64,000 bases of DNA from Podarcis vaucheri (taxonomy: Eukaryota). Below are positions 33,626 through 47,250 of the stretch, in pieces. Below the pieces are notes generated by a model that was not told the origin of the DNA, searched no databases, and worked only from the letters and a program-made list of their open reading frames with translations. The stretch lies in NCBI GenBank assembly GCA_965113315.1, contig OZ220363.1; one strand, written 5' to 3'. Both the position numbers and the translations under genes were made by a program. The stretch's first letter is position 1; every line of letters begins with the position of its first letter.

Positions 33626-34549
33626 TAATGAGGTATTTTAATGAGATCTAAACAGAGAGATACCTTAATGGGGGCCACTAGCCTTTGTCTGAGTCAGTTA
33701 TCTGGAGTCTGAGTTATTATCTGTTGTTTTTCTGAAACAGATGGAGCAACATAAACTAAGTGTGGTGACTTTAAAGGCTGTTGCACAAGTTACGTTTTAG
33801 GTGACAGTGATATGCATTTAGGATTACATCCTACTGAGTTTAATAGAACATGTTTCAGAGTAATCATTTTTAGGACTGGGATACATGACTGAAGTTGTAT
33901 TTTTTCCATTCTGAAAACTTAGCATCTATGTTCCAAAATGTGTAATACCTATAACATACTGCAGGGAAGTTCCAGTTGCCATCGATGTTCAGCAACTTGT
34001 TTTCCTGATGCAATGTGTGTGCAGTCTTTTCACTTATCACCATGTAACCAACCAATGGTTCTCACCCATATGTGATTAGGAAAAAAATGTCCAGGGTGTA
34101 AGCTCCAGATAGAAAGTAGTTCTGGCAAGTTTTATTTTAGAAACTGAGACTCTATGTGGGCAGTAGCCTTCTTCCACCTAACAAAACAATAGTAATAAAT
34201 CCAAACCTATACCCTTTGCAATAACAGAAGTTCTAGATTGTTAAGGCTAGCATAAACAGAAAGTAGACTGGAAAAGGAAAATGTTCCCATGCATGTAATG
34301 CAAAACCTTGTCTCAAATGTTGAGTCATAGCTAAACTGGTTTAAGGAAGGTGGAGAATGCAGCTCCACTTTTCAAAGATCCCAAAGGCTGTAAAAGGTAG
34401 GAACTGAAAACTGGAGGTGGTGTTAAAAAGAGAGAAGGGGAAGAGAAAATGGGTTGTTAAAAACAAAACAAAAAACCCTGAACCAAATTAGGGGATGAGG
34501 GAAAGGAGAAACTTGGCAATAAGAACATGTCTTTTACTGCATCAATAAG

Positions 34550-34685
34550 CAGTGGTTTTTTTTCTGGGGCGCCGCAGGGGTACACACACCCCTAAACACT
34601 TTGTGAATCTAGGTTTGGCCTCATTGAGGGGCAGTATTTCAATATGAGTAGGAAAATGAGAGTACCCCTAAAGAAAAAAGCACTG
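34550..34685. mobile_element. hAT-type MITE with perfect 8-bp TSD
   Basis: TCAATAAG|CAGTGGTTTTTTT...AAAAAAGCACTG|TCAATAAG. Confidence 0.85.
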
Positions 34686-34742
34686 TCAATAAGGCATCTT
34701 TTTAAGCATAGTAAGACACCATGGCCTTCAGAAAGGGTGAGT

Positions 34743-34878
34743 GGGGAAGGGCTGTAGCCCAGTGATAGAGCACATGAAAAAGATGAAGGCAAGGGAAGAT
34801 CCCAGCTGGAAACCCGAGAGCTGCTGGCAGTCTGTGTAAACAGCACTGGGGTAGAAAGGCTAATGGCAGCTTCCTATT
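34743..34878 (+). mobile_element. Degenerate short tRNA-derived squamate SINE (Squam3-like)
   Basis: GGGCTGTAGCCCAGTGATAGAGCAC head; GAAACCCGAGAGCTGCTGGCAGTCTGTGTA body; GGCAGCTTCCTAT end. Confidence 0.5.
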
Positions 34879-34999
34879 TAAGACTTCTGGTTTCTCTTCA
34901 GACAAACATCTCAGTGCTCTGTTCCTGGAAGCCAACAAACTGGCTGTTTGTGCCCAAGGGAGAAGTGGGGCAGCAGAAAAGGTGAGTTGGCTGTTCTAA

Positions 35000-36950
35000 G
35001 AGCGCAGCGCCAGCAGCCTCGTCAAGGAGTTTCCTCACTGCAGTGCCGAGCCCAGCAAACCACTAAAAAGCAATCTGGGAAGGAGGACGCCCGGGTGAAT
35101 CACTGCTTTCTCCTCTTTTGGCAGAGCCCTACAGCCCTTCGACAGGCTTTGCGAGTGCAGCTGTCTGTTCCCTTTTTGCCCCATGGCAGAAAACCCTCCG
35201 CCTCGATATCCCCGGAGCCTCCTCGGTGCCTGCTTGTTGCTTCACCCTGAGCTGTGCTCAGCGGCTTAAAAGGAAAGAGGAGCGACAGGGCCTGCAAACC
35301 GCACCGGTTGGAATCCCTGCTCGCGTGAGGGCTGCGCCAGAGTCACGCACTCTCCACATGTGCAGAGGCGCTCCCACTTTCCCTCGCCTGTCCCGACTGA
35401 AACCCGGCTCCTTCGGAAGCTGAGCCCCGGCTGCGGTTATGCGAATATCACCACCCCATTCCCCCACCCCGCCGCTTTAAATGTGGCCAGCTCAGCCTCT
35501 CCTGTTGCTGCTGGGCAGGGCCTCCCTTCATCCCCACGACGACAGCGGGATAATTGGATCAGAAGCTCCCTCCCTCTCGGCCCGAGGCAGGAGGGTGGAG
35601 GGAGCCTTCTTTTTCTTGCCCAGCGAGCTCGCGCTCCTCGCTCGCCCGCCCGCAGCCCAGGCCTCTTTGCGCGGGAGTCGCGCCGCGCTCCCCTTCGGAG
35701 GTCTCCGGGGGGCTGCGTGGGTCCGCCTACCGCCCGGGAGGCGGGCCGGCCTCCCCCCTCCCCAAACGCTTCGCTGTCCGTCCGGCCGCTTGAAATAGGG
35801 GGAGGGGCGACGGAGCGAACGAGAGCGAGAGTTTGCGCCGCGGGAGAGGAGCGAGAGGCGGATTGATCCGGGCAGGGTGGGCTTGACGAGGAACGTGTCC
35901 AGCCTTTCCCCCCTCGGACGTTTCGCTGGTTGATCCCGGCGAGCCTCAGGACTCCTCTGCGAGCGGGAGTCTCCGGAGCAGCCACTTGGAGAGGTAAGTC
36001 TCCTAGTAACCTCCTCTCCCTGCGGGCTCTGCTCGGGGGCTGGACTACTCGCAGCGTCTCCAACAAGAGCCCATTCTTCTAGCAGGGAAAAGAAAGGGAG
36101 ATTCTTTTTGGGTCCGTCCCCCCCGTTTTGGGAGGGTGGGACCGAGGTGGTAAGTTCCTTTCTTGGAGCTGCTCCCGAGCAAGGAGCCACAGGATCCCTG
36201 TTCCCTTTTTGCTGCGCTCGACCTCCTGCTCTGCGTCGTGGAAAAGGCGCTCCGAGCCCTTTCGCCTCGCCAGACAGAGAGCGATTGTCCTCCTCGAGGC
36301 AGCAGCTGCGGCAGCTTCGAGAAGGTAACGCAGCAGCGACTCTCGAGGGAGGGGGGGGGGAGGATAACTGAGTCGTCTTTATTTTCCTCTCAGGACGGCT
36401 GGCGGGCGCCCGGGGCTGCTCTCGCCCTCTTTCCACTGCCGTCGTCCTCGCTCCCCTCCTCCTCTCCCCTAGTCAGGGCTGCTGCGCGTACGGAGGCGGC
36501 GGGGCGCGAGTGCGCTCCGGGTCTCCCACGTTGCTCTCTGCGGACATTCTTTCCGCTGGATTGCGCGGGGGCAGGTAGGTCGTGGCCCTTGTCCGGGGCA
36601 AAACTGCCGCCGCCGCACCCACTTCCAAGATCTCTCCGGTGAAGGAGAGGGGGAGTGGGGGGCGGGGAGACATGGGTTTCTTATAACGGGTGGGAGGGGG
36701 ACAGACGCGCTCGCCAACTTCTTCAGTTTTAAACATTAGGAACTAAGGATTTGGCAGCGTTCTGGACAGGTTTGTTTCATACTTGTGGTCCTCTCCCTCC
36801 TCCTCCCCCCCTTTCCTGTCATCGCTAAGGCCGATAACTTTCGGGTGGGAACCCCTCTGCTAGGGAGCACCCTCGTCTGATTGGTGCGGAACTGGGCTCG
36901 GGCGCGGGAGATAAGATGACAGAGCTCCTTTGTGAAGGAGGATCTGGTGC
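35000..36950 (+). promoter_or_regulatory. CpG-island promoter and non-coding first exon(s) of PACSIN3
   Basis: About 2 kb GC/CpG-rich island with GC boxes. Plus-strand donors GAG|GTAAGT (35994), GTG|GTAAGT (36150), AAG|GTAACG (36325) and CAG|GTAGGT (36575). The ATG exon at 55207 has an acceptor. Confidence 0.75.
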
Positions 36951-39900
36951 GAGCTGCTTCCCACAATGAAACTGGAAGCCACAGGCCGTGCAGGGGAGTT
37001 TAGCAAGAGGGGCTGCCAAAGAGAGTAAAAGCCACTAGGATCCTTCCCTCCACACTTATAATTCCCCCCTCCGCCATCTACAACTTGATGTTTGAAGGGC
37101 TGGGTAAAAACGCTTCTGCTTAGCCATCAAAATGAAATTTCCTCCTGCAGGAGATGACTGAATATTACAGTTCTGGGCCGATCGGAATTTGATTTGTTTA
37201 AAAAGTGGGGTGCCAAATAAGAGTATACTACACAATTGGTGATATCAAACTAAGTCATACTCTGAGTAGAGCCATTTATATTATATTATTGGCTAGCTTA
37301 TATTGTAGTTTAAAATTTAGTTGTTTGTAATATATAGATTGGATTTTTAAACTAATTTAGTATTTAAAGCTTTGGGAATTCGGACTGGAAAGAAGGGGTG
37401 GGACAGTTTCAAGCTGTATAGCTTGTACACTACAGAATTAAAATGGAAGTAGCAAGCCTTGCCAGCAGAAGGTGAGATGCAAACAGCTGCAGTATTACTG
37501 CAGTTTTGTGCTGGGAGGAAAAAGTGGAAGGGAAGGTCCCCTTATAGATGCTGAGGATATTATCTCTGTACGGTTGAGTGGCATTTTGTTGGCGACTGAG
37601 GAATGGACATGCAGACACCAGGGGTTGCTCTCTGAACCTGTGTGATCTTGTTACCTGGCTCCACAGATATTTTTATTTTTATTTTGGGTAACTCTGTCCA
37701 TGAAGGAAAGAAGTTAATATGCTGTGCTGATATTCTTGTACAGGGAACTTAATACTGGATTTCTGTTGTAGCAAGAGAGAAAAGACCATCTGTGGTTTGT
37801 CCTTTCTTGGTCATGGAAGAGGTCAGAAGCTCCTCAAAGGAAATGTCAGAGGAGCTTGCAAGCTGTACAAACTGTGAACCAGTATAACAGCTTTCTGTGC
37901 CAGCTAAATTTCCCTACTTGTTGCACTTAACACGATCTATTTATTTGAAGGGCTGGTCAAAAGGAGGAGGGGGAAAGCCACATGCAGCTTCAAATTTGCC
38001 CTTCTGGATTTCTCATACAGCAGGTGGCTTCCAAAAATCACAAATACCTGGGATAGTAAAGTCAGCCATGAACCTATTTGCATGGAAATGTGTGAGGTTT
38101 TTACCGATGGTTAATAATATAACTCTCAAATGCCTCCCATAGTATTAAAGAGTTAAAACCTTGCTTTAAAAGGCGTATGTTCATTCCACTAAACTTTACC
38201 TTGAATAACATTAAGAGGATTTGCAATTATGAAGCAGAGCGTTAAACAAATGCTGGATAGAACTGTTTCTAGGTGTGAGCCGATTGCTAGGTGGAGCAAG
38301 AATGGAATTTCTGCTACTGCATTACAGAGTTAGATGCATTGTGGCTCAGGGGAGGTTTGTTTTGCCTCTGGGTCTTCTGACAGTTCTGGCTGTTGAAGAA
38401 ACTTAAGGGCTGCTTAAGTTGACACACATAGTCACCAGTTAGGAAGTAGAAATGTGTGAAATGTACTATAACTGTCAGTCTGCCATCAGTTTTGGCTATT
38501 TTATTTTTTGAAATAGTCTTCTTCATACAAAATAATCCCTTCAGCATGCCAAACACATGAGCCTTGCTTCTTCTCAAACCAGACCCCAGGTACTGTGTAG
38601 GACCCCAGGTACTGTGAGGTATAAGATTGCTCCTCTGTTTCCACCAGCCTGACTTTTACTCTCTGCAGAACCTTGTTGCTGCTTGCCCTAAACCCGGTGT
38701 ATGGGGGAAACTAGAATAGGCACAAAAACTTTGTGGATTGTAGGATGCTGCAAAGTTAACTAGTAGTTTGTCTCTGTTCCCTACACCTTAACTGCAATAC
38801 TTGTTCGATATAAATTGATGTAATAAACTCATCCTGGAAACAGCTGGAATAAGGGAAAATGAGACAACTATACTAGGCCATTTCCAGAGGTACAAGGTAG
38901 CTTTTGGCATGATAAACTGTGCTACTCAGTTCTAGGTCAGTCTTTGGTGCTTCTTTGCACTGTTAGCATATGTAATCAAGTAACTGATATCTTAAAACTT
39001 TGCATGTTTGGGGCCTCGTGCTCAAACAGACGCCAACCACTGGTTTTATCACTTAGCATCACCCCAGCAGATCTGTAAATCTTTAAAGCAGGCTGAATAC
39101 ACCATCCTAAAGCAGATCTCTCCTCTTGCCCTCCTGTCAGGGGACCTAACATTTTAGGCCCATTTACCAGGTTTAATTGAAATAAGGGTTGAATTCCTTT
39201 ATCTTCATATGCCAGCTTGAAACATAGTTTGATTAGCTGAAGAAAAACATCCTGGCGGAGGGCACGTTTCACTGCCTTGTATAGCAAATGGGTCAGTTCC
39301 TGACCTGGGAGACCATGGAAGCCCTAGAAGCTCAAAAAGAAGTCATAACATGTATAGCGGCATTTAGGAATGGAGCATATATGTGTAGAGATGAGTTCAC
39401 AAGGTTTAAGATAAAGAGGCATTATTTTTTGCTAGTTACTATGCATGTATTTGTTTATTATTTGTGCCCTGCTCTTCACTGAATGGTCCCAGGGTGAGTT
39501 ACAAAAATAACACAATTAAAACAGGGACAAATATATATTAAAACCAGAATATAAAACAACAAACTAGCCAATGACAAAGTGAACAAAACAACAGCACAGA
39601 ATAGTAATGTAGGAGGAGGAAAAGCACCTACCCCCAAAACACCCTATGTAAAGAGAGGTGACCCCCAACAAGGAGCTTCCTGATGCTGTAATATGCCCCT
39701 TGTGGGGGGTTGTCATCCCACAACCGGGACATCTTCTAGACCAAAATGCCATATTGTGTATTTGTGTGCATTTCATAGCTTATGCTGTGCACATACTTTG
39801 TGCACTGAGTATCCAAGTACGAAAGTAATCAACTGCTTGATCTGTGTGTCAATAGTGAGAAACGTACGTGTGGCCTGTACTGATTAATATGTTTGAAGGA

Positions 39901-40478
39901 AACTGTGACTAAACTATCCTGTTGAAGTACAATATTGTAAATCTGTTCTGCTTTAGCATTGTAAACGTGTATCCTTATGGCATTCCTCCTCTCGCTACTG
40001 AACTCCTTTCCTAAAAGACTTTTTCTCGCTGGAGAAGATAAGCTTACCTTATCCATTCCTGCTGAATGGAATGCTCTATTGCCCATTTGGAATGGTGGCT
40101 TTTGGCTTCAGTGAGTGAGGAGGGAAAATGGGCAAGGGAAGCTGCCCAGGGAAGCTGTTGGAATGCTAGTGACAGGAGGGTGGTTCTCGGCCTTACTGCC
40201 ACCCAATTATTTTATATGATTTGTGCTGTATTTGTGATGCTCTATTGTTTTATTTTGTTAGTGTTATTTATCATTTGTAAGCCCCTTTGCAATTCATTTG
40301 AATGAAATGTGGCATAGAAAAATAATAAATGAAATCAATCAAATCCTGGCCACTACTGCCTACAAAAAAAATCCCACACATTCAGTATGGTAGGGTGATG
40401 ACACTGGACTATTCTACAGGGACACATTTGGCAAGCTAGCGTAGCCCATGCTCTCTCAGCCATATTTCCACATTATTA

Positions 40479-40804
40479 CAGTGGTGCCCCACAAGACGAA
40501 TGCCTCGCAAGACGGAAAACCTGCTAGATGAAAGGGTTTTCCGTTTTGGAGGTGCTTCGCAAAACAAATTTCCTATGGGCTTGCTTCGCAAGACGACAAT
40601 GTCTTGCGAGTTCCTGCTGGTTTTTTTTCCTTCCCCCCCCTTTTTCTAAGCCGCTAAGCCGCTTATCAGCTGATCCAATCAGCAGATAAGCCGCTAATAG
40701 CGCTAATCCGCTAATCCGTCAATGGGCTTGCTTCGCAAGACGAAAAAACCGCTAGACGAAGAGAATCACAGAACGGATTCTTTTCGTCTTGCGAGGCACC
40801 ACTG
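40479..40804. mobile_element. Tigger/pogo-like MITE
   Basis: TA|CAGTGGTGCCCCACAAGACGAA...TTCGTCTTGCGAGGCACCACTG|TA; internal CGCAAGACG repeats. Confidence 0.85.
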
Positions 40805-42691
40805 TATATAGGTATAATAATGATACTCTTCCCACAACACATTGCAAACTTGTGGGATCACTTTTCTTTGGTATGAGGTAAGAGTTGAAAGATCATGAAC
40901 TCTATTGCTACATTTTTGTTTTTAGTAGACATATTAGTGCCTGTTCACAGCCACACAAAAATCCTGAATGATAATAATGTGGGACAGCAGTCACTTCTCC
41001 ACCAGGAAAGACCAAAAAAGGAAGTTCCTTCTCCAGACTTCTCTTTGTTGAACTGAGTAGCTCTGCTTCTTTGAATATCAGTCATTGTTATTTCATTCAT
41101 TGCTTGCAAACACTGAAATATGGGAGCAAACCTGACTAAACAAGTGCTTTATTTTTTAACAGGATAGCTGGGGATTATGGTCCATTTGTGGGGTGCTGCT
41201 TCGCTTGTGAATTGTACCTCAGATGCTCCAGGCTAAACATGTAGTGTTAGATGAACCAAGGCGCTAGCCTCATTCTGCAAATCTGCTGTGACTTTTTTTC
41301 CCATTAAAAAAAACTTTTGGGTGCTTTAAATAAAACTGAACTGATTGGTGCTGCCTGTCATTAAAGCAACATTCTTCTAGACTTGAACTAAACATGCCCA
41401 AGGCACTAATTGCATTACTTCCAACTTCCTGATGAACTCTAGAGGTAGCCTGCCTAGTATTCTCCATGCTGAGTTTGTTCATACAACACAGAATATTCTT
41501 CCTGCATAACAAAAACATTTCTGCATTTAGACAGAGATGGATGTTGGAAGGCAAGAAAACTCAAGCTCTTTCTGACCAGGATCTGGCATTAATATGTTAG
41601 CAACATAATATGATAGTACAGTATTAGTCTATGTCTTCTGTTGAGATGGATATGTATCAGTTGGGTAAAAGCTGAAGTACAAAGTCAGCTATTGGGAACC
41701 ATACAGAACAGCAAAGATGTCTTAGGGCAGCAGCTACTACTTTGTTTACAAAGCTTTATAGAGGCTTCAGTAAAATCCACCTTAAAGGTGAAGGCCTTGC
41801 TATAACTATATGGGAAAGCTAAAAACAGTGGTCTGTCCTATGGAACTCAGTTGAATTGCTCATACTGATGTTCTTATTGCCTGCTGCTAACGTTTAATGT
41901 TTGAAAATCCGTAACAACTTTCTGTAGGTATATTTACAATGGTATAAATAACTAGACATGGTAGCTGCTTCATTCAAGAGCAAAATGTTGAGTTGAATGA
42001 GTATAGTGAAGCTATACAGGATTTTCATTCTTCTGTTTGATTCTTAAACTGCATTCTCAGTTATACGTTGTATGGGTTGAGCTTCGTAGATTATCAGTTA
42101 AAAAACCTATTCTGTTTTCCAAAGAAAGGTATTATTGAGATGCTGTATTGCAGGATTCCAGATCCTGAGACTGGATATTCTGTGAAATACTTTTAATTTC
42201 TTTTTTGGGGACAGAAAATAAAGAATTTCAAATTTAGACTGAACTGGAACAGATATGCTTGTTGCTTATACGGTTGAGAAGTTTGCTTCTCAAGTGGCTG
42301 TGCTTCCTTTAAAACCAAGATGAGCACTCTGTGGTCCTCCTGATGATATTGGACTCCATCCCCCAACATGCCTGACCATGGGCCATGCTGGCTGGTGGGA
42401 GCTGTGGGCCACAGGTTCCCCATCGCTGCTGTAAAACAAGGATGGCCAGCTGGTGACCTGTGAGTGACCTCCAGTCCTGAAATTAACTTTTTTCCAGGCC
42501 CCTATTAAATTTCAATCATGATAATAGTAACATATTTTCTAAAGTTTTCCTTTTGAAAAGGAAACAGTTTTCAAAAGTTGCAAGATGTCATACTGCTATA
42601 AATACAAAAGCTAAAGAGAGATGCAGTTTTCGGCCATGTGCGCTATGACTTTGGAGCCCTTACTGTTAGATGATGCCGCAGGACCTGAATG

Positions 42692-42931
42692 CAGTGGTAC
42701 CTCTGGATGCGAGCAGGATCCGTTCCGGAGCCCTGTTCGCATCCAGAAGCGAATGCAACCTGCGCGGGTCGCGATTTGCTGCTTGTGCGCATGCGCGTGA
42801 TGTCATTTTGACCGTCTGCGCATTCGCGAGCTGCGAAACCTGGAAGTAACACGCTCCGTTACTTCCGGGTTGCCGCAGCGTGCAACCCGAAAATACTTAT
42901 CCCGAAGCTGCTTCAACCCGAGGTATGACTG
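42692..42931. mobile_element. CpG-rich Tigger/pogo-like MITE
   Basis: CAGTGGTACCTC...GAGGTATGACTG|TA; internal GGAAGTAAC...GTTACTTCC palindrome. Confidence 0.75.
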
Positions 42932-43651
42932 TACTGATAAAATGTCCAGGCTAACCTGCCAAATAAATTTCGGGCCCCAGCCCACCATCTGGAGAGTATA
43001 GTGACTTCTGAGACTATAGAAGTTGGCCTTCCCTTCTCTAACCTTTACACTGACGTTACATGGGTATGGATTGCTATATGTGGTGTAAAGAAGGGAGAGG
43101 TCAGAATACTGGCAAGCTGCCCACATCTCTCTCTAGTCATCTGTGTCAGCACTTGCCTCGCATAATCCACAGCCTTCAAAAGAGGTAGCTGAACACAGTA
43201 TTGACCACACAATGCCTCCTACACAGTAGTTTCTAGTCAATTACAGGGCCAGTTTCTGCTTGCTAGTACTGAGCTGTCATATCAGTAGACTAGCATAGGG
43301 TAGGTTTAAATCACTGACATCAGAACTATACTAGAAAATATATGGGATTGACTTAAAAAGTGTTTTTCTTTTTATTTACAATGTTGTAGTGTTCACTGTT
43401 GCTTCTGTAACGTGCCTTGATGATGCAAATGAACTGCTCTGATCGGTTGGTAACCTTTTACGTAACTAACTTTATCACAAGTTAAGACAAGTTCTGTCTG
43501 AAGAAGGTCTGAAAAAGCCATTCTGGGAATAGGCTTGGTAAATATCTTAAGGTCACACAAAAATGAGAATGTAAGAAAGGTTGTCTATCATCTATCTATC
43601 TATATCTATCTTCTGTTTTCAGATGCCCTCTAGCAGATAATAAGCCTAGGG

Positions 43652-43860
43652 CAGGGGTCAGCAAACTTTTTCAGCAGGGGGCTGGACTATATTTTGGAGG
43701 GGGGAAAATGAATGAATTTCTATGCCCCACAAATAACCCAGAGATGCATTTTAAATAAAAGCACACAGTCTACTCATGTAAAAACACGCTGATCCGCGGA
43801 CCAGATTTAGAAGGCGATTGGGCCGGATCCGGACCCTGGGCCTTAGTTTGCCTACCCATG
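43652..43860. mobile_element. hAT (Charlie-like) MITE with perfect 8-bp TSD
   Basis: GCCTAGGG|CAGGGGTCAGCAAAC...GTTTGCCTACCCATG|GCCTAGGG. Confidence 0.88.
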
Positions 43861-45251
43861 GCCTAGGGTTAAACTCCTTAACTGATTTGTTGTGTATCAC
43901 CTAGGGCTGTAGAGATTGATGGGATTTGCTACTTTTCAGGCCACTTAGTGTTTGTCCCATCCAGCAGTTTACCTTGGTAATCCTCAAAATAAACCTGGCA
44001 GGCCAGTATTACTCTGCTCCCATTATTAGAAACGGGTGAGAAAGATGAAGCTGAGAGAGAAGCTCTTACTAAGGCCAAGCAGTGAATTAATAGTGGGGCT
44101 GAGCATTGGACTAGAGATCAAGCTCATTGCGTATGCTCTTAACCTTGCACAGTGTAAAAGTGTGTGCCTCAGCATGTCTGATACTGGTTCTAAGGCATGT
44201 CTGCACACTCATTGGTTCTCTGGTTTCAGAGCATCTCTTCCTTAGTTCCTGATGTGTTTGGATTTTCCCTAAGCTTGACTTGAATAATCAATTATATGGT
44301 TAATGTTAGATTTTTAAGAAGGTCCACTGTCATAACAAGTCACTTATATAGCTGTTTATAGCAGAAGAGCCTGACATATCAGACCCCCAATATTGTATAT
44401 CTGAAGTCCATAGTGGAAAATGTTTTGTTTAATCACAAGTGTTTATAGCCCAATGGTAGCTGCTTTTTCTTTAACCATTGCATCAAACAGCCTTTTGCCA
44501 ATGCCCATTCCTTCCTCGCTCCACTCCCCGGTAAGATTGAATAAAAACCGAGGGACATAAAGATGGTGTTTTGAAGTGGTTTCGTCAGCTTTGATGTGCG
44601 TTGTAGCCACCATGACCTATTTCAAAATTAAACATTGATTGATCCTGGTTTAAACAGGTTTTGCTTCAGGTTTAAGTGTACTTGTTTGGCTACAATTGGA
44701 ATCCTACAAAAAATAAAGTTTTATTGGTGAATCTTAACAGCTGAATTACCAGCTCTAGAGGAATGCATAGTATGCAGTTTGTCTAGTCTCCTCTCATCCT
44801 GATCAACTTTTTAAAGTGGTTAACTATCAAGTGGACTTTGCTCAAAGTCTAAACTAATTTCTTCTATGATGCTCCTGCCCATTTTGTTGCACACACTTCT
44901 TGTGAGCTTGTCTTTTTACTGCCTGTGCTTGGGAGTAGGGACTGCGAAACAACAGTGCAACCCAACATTGGCATTGTTGAGCTTAGAGGAGGAGTTCTTT
45001 CTATGTACCTTGATAAAGAGTAGGAAGTAATCCGCAGTACAAGGTGGCATGGCAAACATCTAAGGGAAAGCATACACCTGTGTTTTCAAGTTGTTTCTGT
45101 TTTTGTCCCCAGCCTTTTCCCCTTTATCAGTGTGTGTTCTCTTCTTTGCTGCTCAGGATTTCTTCAAATGACTAGTTTTTCTAGGCTGAAGTCCTTGGCA
45201 GATGTCTACACCTGGATAAGGCAATTGCTGAAGACTATGGCTGGTTCATCA

Positions 45252-45615
45252 GGGACGCGGGTGGCGCTGTGGGCTAAAGCCTCAGCGCCTAGGGCTTGCC
45301 GATCGAAAGGTCGGCGGTTCGAATCCCCGCGGCGGGGTGCGCTCCCGCTGCTCGGTCCCAGCGCCTGCCAACCTAGCAGTTCGAAAGCACCCCCGGGGGC
45401 AAGTAGATAAATAGGTACCGCTTACCAGCGGGAAGGTAAACGGCGTTCCGTGTGCGGCTCTGGCTCGCCAGAGCAGCGTTGTCACGCTGGCCACGTGACC
45501 CGGAAGTGTCTCCGGACAGCGCTGGCCCCCGGCCAATAGATGTGAGATGGGCGCACAAACCCCAGAGTCTGGCAAGACTGGCCCGTTCGGGCAGGGGTAC
45601 CTTTACCTTTACCTT
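45252..45615 (+). mobile_element. Full-length young Sauria SINE with 12-bp TSD
   Basis: GGGACGCGGGTGGCGCTGTGGG (A box), GGTTCGAATCCC (B box), (ACCTTT)n tail; TATGGCTGGTTC at 45236-45247 and 45616-45627; CpGs retained. Confidence 0.93.
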
Positions 45616-47120
45616 TATGGCTGGTTCTACTAAATCACATGACCTGCTATGTATAACTTTATACAGAAATTGCTCTCTGTATATTTGCTGTGTGCTTTTG
45701 CCAACATCTAAATGGAGTTAGTTGTGGTGGAGAACAGACTTAGTGACCCCAAACTGGAAGCATCTTGATAAGTCTCGCCTGTGCTTATAATATGTCTGAC
45801 AGAGGGCTGCAGAGATAGTATCTGAAACAGAAAACCTGGGATTAAAAGACTCTAATTTTACAGAATGCAGACTAGGGCTCTTCTTCTGGAGTGAGATCAT
45901 GATTCTCCATGTAGAAATGGGCAGGGTGTGCGAGGGTGTATGGAGAGAAACAATTTGCCAGCAATACTAACTGGGTGAAGAAACATTCTGAGGAATGTGC
46001 CTATAGGGTGGTAATTACATTCTCAGAAACCAGCTATCAGTCTAAAGGGTTTGGGTTGTAAACCCGGCTAATGCTAGCAACATCCTTCCACTTGAGCCCA
46101 TGAGCTCAGCGCTTTTCAGAAAATGTCAATACAGTGATGACAATTTAATGCATATAGTGCAAACTTTGTTTTGCAGCTCTAGAATATTGTGACAGAAGCT
46201 GCATGGCCAAGAAGGGAGTATACATCCCACACCAAGATTCTTTTTTTCGTATAACACTATCTTCTGTTAAAAAATAATGTAAATATTTGTAATAAAACAA
46301 AGTAATGAGGAGGAAGCATTATTTTGCACAGTATTGTGTGCATTACGCAGGCACAATTACTACTGGAACCAAGTGGAAATCAGCAGTGGACCAGTTTTAA
46401 GAATTGCCAGCTAACTTCCTTTTTTCCAACAGGGATGTACCACAGTTAGTTCCTCATGCCCATTGTTTTGAAAGGGACATTGGAACAGTGTCTTGTTGGG
46501 GGGAAATAACACAGTTGCATCCTGCATTCCTAAACATTAAAGCTTTGGCAATGTGGCGAGGAACATAATTGTGCTATAATGTCATCTTGTTTCTGTGAGC
46601 TGTTGTATGGCTTCAAACAGTCTTTTTTCAATATGTGAAAAAAATAAATTGGCACGTCTGGAAAAACTGTCTAGCTTAACTTTCTCAGATGGTCACTTTT
46701 AAGTTGGTTTTGTTTTTGTTTTAAATGGGGGAAGAGTCAGGCAAGCACATCCCACATGCAGCTTGAAGTGGTCCAGAACCCCTTGGTTCTGCTGATCGGC
46801 ATGAGAGGGTAAATAGATAACGTTATTAGATCAGACTCTGGTTTTATGATGTGCCAAACCTTTAAAGCAGCTGTGGTTGGTGGGAGCTGGAGAGCACGAA
46901 ACATTTGGAAGTCAGCAAAGGCTTTTCTAAAGCAAAATTCCCATATGAAGCATGGGCTAAGCAGATCTGGTTGGTGGCATCTCACTCTAGCCCAGGACAG
47001 ATCATAAGGAAGAAAGTGGCATCATACGTGGTTAGAGGCATAGACTGCGGAAGAGTGAAAAGGTGTTACTGGCAACTTCTCATCAATCAGTAGGAAGATC
47101 CAGATATAAAACATACAGAG

Positions 47121-47159
<39 letters not shown>

Positions 47160-47250
47160 TATACCCCGCCCATCTGGCTGAGTTTCCCCAGCCACTCTGG
47201 GCGGCTTCCAATCGAGTGTTAAAAACAATACAGCATTAAATATTAAAAAC
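47121..47250 (-). mobile_element. L2-like LINE 3' end with (ATT)n tail
   Basis: (ATT)12-TTTATACCCCGCCCATCTGGCTG...CACTCTGGGCGGCTT. Confidence 0.6.

Noticed and set aside
35360-36736. Long overlapping ORFs of 159-302 aa on both strands
   Set aside because: Low-complexity P/R/G/A/S translations typical of stop-poor CpG-island DNA; no recognisable domain.
27100-36950. Single shared bidirectional promoter for DDB2 and PACSIN3
   Set aside because: There are two distinct CpG islands about 7 kb apart, separated by repeat-rich AT-rich DNA.
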